64,000 bases of DNA, taken from the NCBI GenBank assembly GCA_000708835.1, contig DF237049.1:139531-203530 (forward strand), given 5' to 3'. Under the pieces are notes generated by a model. The model was not told the DNA's origin. It made no database searches and saw only the letters and a list, made by a program, of their open reading frames with translations. The position numbers and the translations under genes were made by a program. Below are positions 12,101 to 22,993 of this stretch, piece by piece. This stretch comes from Klebsormidium nitens (taxonomy: Eukaryota > Plantae > Klebsormidiophyceae). Position 1 is the stretch's first letter. Each line of letters begins with the position of its first letter.

Positions 12101-14538
12101 TCAGCCCTTCCCGGAAGCATCGACCTAATGTGTCGAGTTTGCGTCAGTCATCGGCAGTCCGACGCCGGCTGCAGCGGTCGAATCAGCAACATCGACTTGA
12201 CGGCCGGTCACGAGCCTCCACGTCATCTGGAAATGGTGCTATGGGCGGCTTCGGAAGGAGCACTTGCCTGCGCGTCAGCGTGAGGGACTTGGACAGCCGG
12301 GTGCGGAAGTGACCCACCACCAGCGCAGCCAGCTGCACACAGGAAAGCGTTGTGTAGTCGGAAGGAGATTGCGTTGGAATTGTCTATGGTCCTTCGCCCT
12401 TCTTTGCACGCACCAGTGTTCGAACCCAGGGAGCCTGTCAGCTCGAAGAAGAAACCCAAAACGCCGATCTGAGAGACTGGTTTTTCGTCACAATGCAAGC
12501 CAAAAGTGGAACACTTTGTAACTTCAACAGCAGGCCCAACCAGGCTCGATCGGTTTTGACCGACAAGGGAATGAGTATAAGTGAGCCTTTGTTTGAAAAA
12601 CGACGACCATCCTAAAGCACGGCCGTACCTGGTCGCGTGGCACGTAGGCCCAGCCTTTGCTGAGCAGGACTTTGCGTCCGGCCACCAGCTCAGGGACGTC
12701 CTCAAAAGGCACCTTGTAGTACACGCTCTCAGCTGCACAAAGACGTACTTCCAAGAATGTTGTACTGGCAAGGTCACTCTCCCAACACCCTTCCAGAAGG
12801 TCGACTTTTCAGATTACAAAGCCAAGGAGAACAGCTACTCAGTCGAGGTGCTGCAACAGCCTTCAGCCAAGTGACACTTCCTCTTTCAGGCACGGGGCTA
12901 GACTATGCGTGGTGCCCCCTTCCAGCAGCTTAGTGGACTTCCAACGAGAAGCCGGTCATCCACCTGATGAAGATAGATCAAACGTACCTGTTGCCCCGGC
13001 CCCCGCTACTGAACGAGCCACCTGCAGCAGCTTGTCCTTGTGCGCCTGCATGGCAAGGGCAAGCAGCTTCGAATCTGCCGTCGTTGCTGGCAACACGGAC
13101 TTGAACTGTGACTAAGGCGGGCTCTATTGGACCTAACCTTCCACCCCAGGACCTCGGAACCATAGCTATCCTTCCAAAGCAAGCATAACCGGTGAATGCT
13201 CAAGAAGGAGTCGGCTCTGTATGAGGGTGTTTAATGTGTTGACGGACAGATGCGCGGTCCATTTCCGAAGCAGCTCCCAATGATCCACCATGCCCTGGCT
13301 TTTCTGCCTGTCGTTCATGATGTTGCCGCCCTGCCAGAGGTAGTCTACCCAGAAACGGCTGTTTCGTGGCTCACCTCCAGCTCTGCATTGGCCACTGGGT
13401 TGTAGGGCAGGCCGCTCTCAGTGAGGAAGCGGCGCTGCGCATCGGGGCTCTCCATCCGGAAGCGGTACCGGAAGAGAGCGCTCTCCTGGCTCAGCAGCCA
13501 CTTGCGCAGGTCCTCTCTGGAAACGTGACGGGCATTGTTCAAACACGCAAAAACATCACACAAAGAAGACATTCTCATGAGATGAGGGGACTCTGACCAA
13601 CCCAAGGAGCAAGACCGCAAAAAGATCACTTGCAAGAGCGCACCGCTGTATCAGTGGTATCCAACAACCAGACCAACTGATTCACATTTTGTGACTTAGC
13701 GAGGTACATGGCAAAAAGGACTTTGCTTCTTGCAGATGTGGTGAGAGCAACGAGGGCCTCACGTTCGACAATACGCTAGCCGCAACACATAGTGTGAGAT
13801 GATGTCCTTCCGGGTAGTCTCTGCAGCGTCGCCCATGCGCATGTGCTTCCTCCAAAGATCATTCACCTGCACGTCACAGCAGATTGACATTATTGACACA
13901 GATGCTCCTGCTTTCCTTCTTTTCGCCTCTTCTCTTTTTCTCTCTGCGCACAATTGCCAAGAATCTGACATTCCACCTCTTTCCTTGGAAGACCCAAGTT
14001 TGTCTACTTCAACCTGTTCACACTCATGCATGGTGGGCATTTTCAGTGGCCACCAGAGCACTTCCGTGTGGGTTTCTGAAAGTGGAGGTGCTCACCACTG
14101 ACTCAAGTTCGTCAGGCTTCCGACCACGCGAACGAGCCTCCTCAACACCCTTCAGCACTGCATCAGGAGTACGGTTTCAAACTCGTGAAGTGAAAGGGAC
14201 TTTCTTTTCATGGTGGGCAGGTTGATATGACTGATTGGCAGACCAATCAGCAGATAACAAAAGCCTCCCATGCACCAAACATATATATTCATGCAATGGC
14301 AAAGCTTTTAAGTCCTTCTTGAGTCGAAGCACGGGACGGTCAGAGAACAGCCGAATCTTTCCGGTGGGGTCGTACCTCTGAGCCTGTCAAGCGCAAACTG
14401 CTCAAACTCCTCCAGAGCCACGTCTTCGATTGGTGGCACCTGGTACATGGTCAGCTGCGCCCCGCTGGCCGTGTAGTCTCCATGGAGAGGAGACGCAGCC
14501 CCGCTCTTCCGCTTGTTGGGCACGTTGGAGAAGTTCAT
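9123..14538 (-). CDS. PRIM2: DNA primase large subunit (PriL/p58), 15 exons
   Basis: Exons: 14376-14538, 14096-14157, 13763-13866, 13375-13516, 12988-13045, 12629-12732, 12268-12332, 11938-11986, 11357-11554, 10953-11012, 10659-10733, 10171-10256, 9784-9877, 9466-9567, 9123-9221; all phases are consistent. Motifs [89 protein letters not shown]. The four Fe-S cysteines (FPLC, PYSC, GCPY, LAC) are present. Confidence 0.96.
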
Positions 14539-15312
14539 CCTGGCCCCCGCTGGTCTGTCACACCTTTTGAAACCTGCCTACCCCCCAATCAAGTGCAGTG
14601 CGCGTCTTCAAGTCCGCCACCGGGCAGGATGTGCTTCATTGCGGATGTGCACCGCAGATTTGAGTGCAATCACTAGCACGGGCTGCTGGTTTTTGGTGTC
14701 CCCAATCCGAAAGGTTTGCGACGCATCACTTCCCATACACGTTGGAAGTGCTAGTGATTGTGTCCGCAGTCCACCCAGCCCTCTTGCTGCTTATTGAGTC
14801 AGATTTACCAGATTGCGAGCTCAGCTGAGCCACAATTTGAAGTTTTTACAGGTTCTAATATATACTACACTACCTAATAAGAATGAGCCGCAGCTTTCAA
14901 AAGTTCATGTGGCGCATTGGAATTGTGATTCTGCTTTTATGGCGGATTTCCAAGTCAATCAACGCTCGTGCTGTATCACCACTGCGTAGCCAACCCAATC
15001 CTGAGCTCACTCGAAGTCTGCTGAGAACATTTTAGGTGCCAATTTGCTACCACATGAACACTGTCTGGAGAAACCCACCGCCTGCCCTCCTTCACTCCCG
15101 AAGGCCTTCACTACCGGCACCCTTACGAGATTGAGAGTCTCACATTCAGAACATTCGGTCTTGATTTACCGTTTTTCAAGACCCTGCAGGAGGAGCGTGC
15201 GCCCTTCAACAATCTGCTGCACCAGCCCTTTCAAGTTGCAATTGAGCATCACCTGCTCTCACTGTCAGGCTGTGGAAAAGCAGCAGTGCTGCAAAGGCTG
15301 ACGCCTGCCCAG

Positions 15313-15534
15313 CAGGGTTTCCCACGGACTTTTGTCCCGGCCGGCCAGCTGCCGGCACCCCCCGGCCCCGTTCAGCCGGCTCGATAGTCGGTCTTTGGCT
15401 GTACCGGCCGGTTGAGCTCAGCGAGTGCCTGCGTGTTCTGCCGGCTAGCAGCCGGCGGGGTGCCTTCGGCACCGGCCGGGGTCCCATCTCGGCCGGCCAG
15501 GTCCAGGTTCTCTTGCCGGCTGTGGGAAACCCTG
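15313..15534. mobile_element. Non-autonomous hAT-type MITE, 222 bp
   Basis: Terminal inverted repeat CAGGGTTTCCCAC at 15313 and GTGGGAAACCCTG ending at 15534. Flanking 8-bp direct repeats CTGCCCAG (15305-15312) and CTGCCTAG (15535-15542) match 7/8. The interior has about a dozen CCGG motifs. An 8-bp TSD and CAGGG ends are established hAT hallmarks. Confidence 0.8.
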
Positions 15535-16253
15535 CTGCCTAGTGCCGTGGCCCGTGATGGGGGTCATGTTCAGATTTTTGGCGGGAGGCTGACTCGACTC
15601 AATGACTGCCACATGTCAAGGACCAAGCCCACGATGAAGTGTTCGAGCTTCTTTATAGCCGTCGATGTTTTCTGCGCGCGTGAGTTTGTGTGAGGTTGAA
15701 CCGGTAATACACGACCAGTGGCAGAACTTAGAAGAACCTGGGTAGTCCTGACCAACACTACGGGGAGCGCATCAGGGATGCAGGGTAGCCTTTCAGGTAG
15801 AAGCCTAGGACAGCTTGAAAACCAATCAAGGGACTCGACCGGCTTGAAAGTGAAGAGTACCGTATCTTTATGCATCTCTTTTGATAGTGCATAATGCATG
15901 CATAGAGTCAACGAACCACACTAGATTGCGTACATATAACCGCTAATATACCTGCCCTCTTGTATTGGCGGACTTCTGCTGATTGGCTGGCATACCGACA
16001 TCACCTGCCTTCTTGAATGAGAATGCTGTGGGCTTTTCTGACCTCTAGTATCTTTTTGAACCACTACCACCCGCCAATTATTCTTACGATCGTGCTCATA
16101 CCTGTCATACAGGCCATTTTTGTGCGGTGCTGAAGATTGCTAGCCGGCTGCGGTGACTAGTGGCAACTTATGAGTCGGGGTTCTCATAAGCTCTGAATGC
16201 AGCACGTCGGTTCATACAGTGGCTACCTACACGACTGAACATCAGAAAACGCC

Positions 16254-18859
16254 ATGGCCGTCGAACCCGAGAGATGGACCCGGGGTTCTGGCAACGGCAT
16301 TGGCCCCTCCAGCCATCGCAACCAATACCGGTATGATGGGCATGCGCAATGCTGTAGTGCATCCGTCAGAGAATGGACAAGCAACTGCGGTTGTCGAGGT
16401 TGAAGAACAGTCACTATGTTGAATTTGTAGCATTGCTGATACTCTCCGATCAAGACCAAAGCCTCTTTTCAGGATGCGAGCTTGTCTTATGGTAGAAGAT
16501 TGTGACAATAGCTAGCCAGGCTAGGGGTAGCAGGTTGCTGTTCCATGCTTCGTCAAGCAACAACAAGACGAATGCTGCAGAGGTCAACTCTATGTAAGAA
16601 GGCTACTTTGGAGCCCATGAAAGTTGCGTCCTCAACGAGCCGGAAGTCCATCATTCGGACAGCAACTGACGCAGCTGAGCCGTGTCCTCCGCCGTGCAGG
16701 CTGGGCGTGTGCATTGACAACTGGCAGGAAGAGGCAGCCCTGCAGCAGACGTTCCTCGAGACGGGCTCCATTCGGGGGGCGCCGGGCAAAGTGAGGCAGG
16801 CCGTTTTACAAACGTCGATGGACAAGCTTGCAAACAGCTTCCTTATGGACGTTGTAGGAAGCGGCCAGGAGTAGGAGCACTGTTGGCATTCCTTCGAGAG
16901 CTCCCGGGCGGGCTCGGCCAGTGCAGCTCTGCAGAGTTCGTGTGGCCTGTGGCTGAAGCTTGCATGCCTGTTGTGTGCAGTTCGATGGCACCACGCTTCA
17001 AAAGGCAACGTACACGGCAGAGGGCAAGTACGGGCCGGGCATCGTACCCTCCCGAATAGACAAGGAGCCTATTCACAACGGTATGTGGCACGGCTGGAAA
17101 GAGACCTCCTGATACTGCACACGACAAGCTCAGTAGCCCCAGGATTTCAATGAAGAACGGGATTGATGTCTTCACAGACGACTAGAACGGACCCGGTTCA
17201 AGGATACCTTCATACTTTTTGGGACACGAGGAAGAAGCATGGACAATCGTCCTCGCGCCTGCTTCCAAATTTCTCGTTGGGGTACCCAAAGCGGCTGTCC
17301 TCGGCTGGACAAGAGGTGCGGACGCTGCAAATTTTTAACGGGGTGCGCGTTGGCTGTGTGCAGGGCTGCATGCGGATCAGCTGTTCAGCCACTCCCGCGA
17401 CCCGCGCGAGGCGTCCCTGGTCAGCCTGTCGCAGCTCACCCTGGGGCGGCCCTCCGTGGGGGATCCCCGTGTGAGCCAGCTGCTGTGGACGGGGTCCAAG
17501 CACGTCGACAGCCGAGTGCCCAACGGGCCGCCTACCGGAACGACTGCACCACGCAGTGCCGCATACCAGGTCCGCTCCAAATGACACGACGAAGTTTGTC
17601 TATTGCTCAGCGATCCGATTTGAAGAGCCATTACAGTTCGTAACAGAAACATAGGCGTCAGAAAAAGCTGACGGACGGCAGTGGGATTGGAAGGCCTGGC
17701 ATCGTCCGAGCATCCAATCGAGGGCTCCCGAGTTTCCTCTACTGAAGGCGTTGTCCTCTTTTCCCGTTCAGGAGAAGCTGCGGAAGGAAGCGACATACGA
17801 CATGTACACATCTACTGCCAGGGTAAGCGACGTCATTCATTGTGTAATAGACGGAGCATGACGAAGTTTCGAATCTTGATGGAGAGTACTCCAACGTTGA
17901 AGCACTACTGATAATGCTCGGAGTCGATCGAAGTCTTGCTAAGGGTGCGCGTCGACCGAAAAGCTGCAAAACGCTTTCCAGATTTCTTAGCCAATCGGAT
18001 GGTTTTCAGATCCACGTGGTAGACCAAGGTACATACCCAGAAGAGAAATATGGCTTGAAGAGCACCGTACCTCCTACNNNNNNNNNNNNNNNNNNNNNNN
18101 NNNNNNNNNNNNNNNNNNNNNNNNNNNNNNNNNNNNNNNNNNNNNNNNNNNNNNNNNNNNNNNNNNNNNNNNNNNNNNNNNNNNNNNNNNNNNNNNNNNN
18201 NNNNNNNNNNNNNNNNNNNNNNNNNNNNNNNNNNNNNNNNNNNNNNNNNNNNNNNNNNNNNNNNNNNNNNNNNNNNNNNNNNNNNNNNNNNNNNNNNNNN
18301 NNNNNNNNNNNNNNNNNNNNNNNNNGACGCGCAACCTAACACTTGTCACAATCATCCCCGGCACAAGGATGAGGAGTGTAGCTGCGGTATGGACTTCGGG
18401 TATACGTGAAGACGTGGGAATGCGCAACATGTCCGTTGAAATAAGCAAGCTCTTCCTTGATGGCAGGAAGCAACGGAAGCTACAGCTAATCTTGCAACTG
18501 ATGGAGCTTGCAAGCGGCAACTCGCACTGCCGCAATCAGAAGGTGGGCAAAGGTGAGCATCGCCCACTCTTGGAAGCATCAACTAGATCATTCTTGCCGT
18601 TAGTCAAAAGATTTAAGTAAACGCGAAGAAGCAAAGGTGTACACATGCATCAAGAACAGACACTTTGCTTTACAATTTGCAACGTCCAGACAACATATCA
18701 CGAGCCGCGCATGGCTTTTGAATGTGTATGGGACCGTGAAGAATCCTGTCTGAGGGGCGCCATTGGCACGCATGCAGGCCGCAGATCGGGCGGAAAGCAT
18801 CGGGCGAGTTCGTAAAGTCCTTGGAAGCTCCTCATCGCACAGTGGGCCTGCGGACGTGA
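16254..18859 (+). CDS. Axonemal microtubule-inner-protein-like gene (CFAP107/C1orf158/FAP143-like, NWE motif); 3' part interrupted by an assembly gap
   Basis: Phase-consistent exons 16254-16330, 16700-16790, 16981-17080, 17364-17569, 17772-17822; tentative last exon 18778-18859. Protein: MAVEPERW...NQYRLGVCIDNWQEEAAL...GLHADQLFSHSRDPREASLVSLSQLTL...SQLLWTGSK...YTSTAR. By eye it resembles human CFAP107 as I recall it (KYSTKVLTGNWMEE; GLPYKHLITHHQEPPHRYLISTY; KLLWLPEK). The 3' end is uncertain. Confidence 0.65.
18078..18325. other. Assembly gap (248 N)
   Basis: Run of n in the sequence. Confidence 1.
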
Positions 18860-19113
18860 AGCTACGGTGGTACATACTCTACGTATACAAATTCAGGTCA
18901 ATGTACATACGCGTGTGGCAAGCGTGCTTCGAAGGCCGTATTTTAGCAAGGGATCTTAGGGCAAGTAGAAACTTCGTCAGCATACGGATCGAGCTGGCCA
19001 GACTCATAGGGAGCACGCAACAGTAGTTGTCACAGCAAGTGTCCAACTGGACTTTTTGAGTTTTACAGCACTGTGACCTTGTTGCCAAACATAAAGCTGG
19101 ATGCTTTCTGCCC

Positions 19114-21709
19114 CTATCTTCGGTTTCCTTCTCTTTTGCGTTTGATGTACTCTTTGGCGGTCCCATAGAAGCCCCAGATAACGGACGGCAGCAGGAAGCC
19201 GAAGCCGATGAACCCAAACTGCAGTAAGTGAGCAGCAGGTCAGCACGACGACTTTGAGTGGATTGAGTGACCTGGAAATGTTATTCCTTTTAATCAGACG
19301 TCTCAAGTCGAGGAGTTCGGCCAGATGCCTGATAAGCGAGGTATGTCGGCCGGCAGCAAGAGAAAGCATCGACGCTTTCCACAGGGCCACTTTAAGATTG
19401 CGAAGACCATATAATGTGCTCAGCAAGAGGATCCGACAACAGGAAAAAGAATCCTGATTGTTGACGGTGATTGCATGTAAGGCAGACTGCGCGAATCACC
19501 AGCAATAATTGGGCGCAACATGGAGAGGGTATCGTCAAGATCTTCGCCGTGTTCTTTGCGACCGGCTATTGCGCGACCAAGTTTGACGCTGAGCAAGACA
19601 CGATCTGCATAAGCAACTTATCGCCGATACACTACGTCAGTTCAGACATGGAAAGCCTAACATGCTGCCGGGGAGGCTTACCGCCGTGCTCGCTTTGGTG
19701 CGCGAGCAGAACTTGCTGAAGATGCCTGTCTGGCAGATGCCCCGGGGGTACGCGGGGCGCGCGCTCCTGTCGTTCAGTGTCGTCAGCCTGCGCGGGGAGA
19801 GACGGATGCGTCAGAGGGGGCTCAGCCTGGCGCACGCGAAAATTCACGTTCCAGGATTGACCCAAAGGAAGCCTTAGGTTACTTGAAAACCATATAACTC
19901 CGCTGGCTAGTAGCTCTAGTCCATCTTTCAAATGTTATTCTGCCGATTACGTTCGCATCCTGACGTCCCGTTTCTATCTGAAGAGCATGTGAAGGCTTTG
20001 GCAGCCGATCCTGCCTCGCTTCTTCAAGATCGTCACAGATTCAAAACTCTGTTTCAAGACCTGGTGAAGGACTCGAGCCTCAACCTCACAACTCAGCAAA
20101 GCGGGCAGATCGGTGTGGATTTTGAGTGGCAGAGCTCACGCTGCGCTGGCGCACGCAGCCCCGTAGACCAGCAGAAGGATCGCCTGCAAAGCACGCGAGC
20201 ACTCGCTGAGATCGCATTTGGCGAAGTACTCTGCTCCAAGTATGGAAGCTACATGCCCTTGGCTGCAAGCCTTTCTAGTAAGCTCCCAAGATCGATGCAG
20301 CAGTCGTACTCTTTCCTGGACATTCCGTCATAATTCTCCTTCCAAACCTACGGGTTTTTTTGGTTTGTAGGTTTCCCACTGACCCATCGCGGAGATTTAA
20401 TTAGTTGCAACGCCTGTAAAGTTCAAGCAGCAAGAGCAATCTGTTGAGTTCTGGTTTGGCGCTGCTCACGACGTCGAGGGTGGTGACGGCGGCCTGGCGC
20501 GTGAAGGTGCTCATCAACTTGCTGACCTCGTTCAGCAGCATGCACAGCGTCCACGTGGCACCGATCACCGTGGCCGCCACCAGGAAAGTGAACGCCTGGC
20601 AAGGGGGACAAACTCGGTGAGTAGCCGAAGAGGAGACGAAGATGGCGAAACGAACCGTGGGTTCAACCGCAAGGATCTCTATGGACCATGGATTTCCAAT
20701 GAACGTGCCTTGTTACTTCATCATAAGCGGTCAAGGTACGACGCTTGGCAGTGCAACGTGAACGGATCGATCCCCGTAAACTTCAGAGCCCTTCTAAAAT
20801 GGTTTACAAAGAAGACTGCGGGGCTTGTTTTGACCACAGCAGATTCAGAGCCAAAAAATGGGATGGGTAACAGAGTTACGAAATCTCTGGGCGTCGGTAT
20901 TGGCAACACTAAGATGTTCAAAGAAAGCCAGGTTTTGAGTTTCGATTATGTTGGGAAATTGGCTAAAGCGTACTCAATTCGTTCAATCCTCTTGCACAAA
21001 CATGCCTGCAAATCGCTCCCATTGGGCTGTACGATTGAAGATCTTGCTCGCTTCCTATATCCGACTTTTGCTTCCTCCCCAATCGCTTTTGCGCACCAAA
21101 TACGTTCTGCAAGGACGGAGCAGCATCCATTAGGGTCGAGAGACCGGTTTCTACTTTTCAGCCTTTATTGATTTTGTCCTTCCGCTGCGTCGAGGGCCCC
21201 ACCTGGAAGTCGGAGAAGAGCAGTCCGTTGTCCCCCGACGCCGCGATGACGGAGAAGGCCACGCAGAAGGCGGCCAGCTGCAGGAAGCGCAGCAGCACCC
21301 CGCCGATGTGCGCCCAGTGCCGGCCCCGCCCTATCCCCGCCAGCCGCTCCTTCAGCTTCTTCTTCCCCGCCTTCTTCTCCTCCCGGGGTGGACGTGCAGG
21401 CGCGGCCGCCTCGACCAATGGCCGCGCGGGCGGCCTCTCGGGAGGAGCGGCCGCGGGAGCCGCTGTGGGAGGCGGTGCCCGGGGCGGTTCCTTGGCTGGC
21501 GGGACGCTGGGCCCTGCTGCCACCGGCGGCTTCACACCGGGCTCCGCTTCGCGGCGACGCTCCGCTGGTGGGGCAGCCTCAGCGCGCGGCCGCTCGGGGC
21601 GGCCCTCGACCGGGATGGTCCGCCCGATGACAGCGGAAGGAACGGGCGTGAGCTCCTCCTCCTCCCCCGCTTCCTGCACCCAGGTCTCTTCCTCGACCAG
21701 CTCCGCCAT
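19114..21709 (-). CDS. CASPL: CASP-like (CASPL/MARVEL-type) four-TM protein with a long Pro/Glu/Ala-rich N-terminus, 5 exons
   Basis: Exons: 21203-21709, 20470-20595, 20140-20183, 19682-19787, 19114-19218; phases are consistent. TM1 VLLRFLQLAAFCVAFSVIAA (conserved Arg), FSDFQAFTFLVAATVIG, TLDVAILLLVYGAACASAA, ICQTGIFSKFCSRTKASTAFGFIGF. Confidence 0.85.
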
Positions 21710-22993
21710 CCCGGTATGGACCGTCCACAGGGCCAGCGACACGGCCAGGACGAACGTGCGCGAAGTGCCCCTCCTCTTCTAGTTCTCTCTCTCTAAGACA
21801 AGCAGCAAACAGCGGACGGGCACGATTGACTTGCAACACGAGGGGATTTTTGAGCCCGGCGCTTCTTCAGCCCTGCGCTGCCATCAAAGAGGAGCGCTCA
21901 GGTTGTGACTGTTCGTTGAGGAGATACAAAAAACTCTGTATGTCTTCAGGCAAGCAGGACCCACCCTGGCGTCGTTCTCATTTACGCTCGCAGGATGATG
22001 TGAGAAATGAAACATCACCTTGGCGCATCAGTTCCAGAGTACCTAGAACGAAACTCTTCCTCTGTAAGTCTGCGTTTTATGGAAGTGAGGCTTCCCGGCC
22101 GTCCCCCGTTTTCCCTGCACTGTCCTGTGCCAGCGTTCATGCGCGCCATCCCTGATGTTCCCTGGACAGGCTTCCTTGGGTCATGCTCGAACAGCTGCCT
22201 ATGCCCGCTAGAATCACCTTTCTCTTAACTCTCAATTTCGCCTCCGGCTGTTCGTCTCTCCACCATGACATACACCAGAGTACAAGCAAGGCGCTGGACT
22301 CTTCTCAGGGTCGCCACGTCACCGGCTTGACCCAGTGTCCTCATGCATCGTCGGCCTGAGCCCCCAGCCTGGATGTTCTGGCACCCGACTTCGACGAACT
22401 TTCAGTGCTGGAGGGGACGTAGAAAGGTACGGCATACCTATGGCAAAGTCGAACCGCGCACCGTCCCCTCCAAGCAGTCTTGTCGGACGGCGCGCAAATA
22501 GAAACCGAGAAAGTCAATGCGGAAGGTCAGTCTGTTTTAGTGTCGTCGCAGGGGCGCCGCTTTCTGTGAGCTGCTAGGTAGGCAGCTCTCTGCCTCGGAT
22601 CTTTTCAGATTCAGAATAGCTTACGCATCCGGAAGCTGCAGGCCAGGGCCCCATTGCATTGAATGCCTGAGTAGGCATCAGGCGCAGCGGACGTTATTGC
22701 ACCAGATGAGCGCGCCGCACCCACCATCCAGAGCAACATTCAGAAAGCAGTCCGGTTTTGATGAAAGAGAAGAGTGACGCAAAGCCACGATGAGGTCGAA
22801 GTTTGGCATGACTGAAAGCAGGTTCTCCGCGCTCCATTACTTGTGAGCATTTTGCCACCGGCTGAAGCAACCTCCTTCAGAAGCAAAGGACGGCGCTTTT
22901 CTTCCGCGAGCAATATTGAGTCAGAAATCTGTGTACGTTGCTGTCTGTGAAAGTATTTCAACGCATAGGCGTCTGGAAGTTTTTGAGTTGTCG
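21710..22993. promoter_or_regulatory. Divergent (probably bidirectional) promoter region between the two CASPL genes
   Basis: The two start codons face away from each other about 1.28 kb apart. No specific cis-element identified. Confidence 0.35.

Noticed and set aside
15577-16080. E2F-like words (TTTGGCGGGA, CCCGCCAAT) upstream of PRIM2
   Set aside because: Short motifs more than 1 kb from the ATG that are common by chance in this composition.
19254-20333. Three plus-strand ORFs in one frame, the first vaguely F-box-like
   Set aside because: They are separated by several stops and lie antisense to exons and introns of the CASPL gene, which explains the region.
20617-21171. 184-codon antisense ORF inside intron 1 of the minus-strand CASPL gene
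   Set aside because: GTG start, no recognisable motif and no codon bias. An ORF of this length is expected roughly once by chance across six frames of 64 kb.
21168-21796. Long Gly/Ala- and Arg/Pro-rich ORFs (204 aa, 162 aa)
   Set aside because: Antisense shadows of the GC-rich first exon of the CASPL gene.
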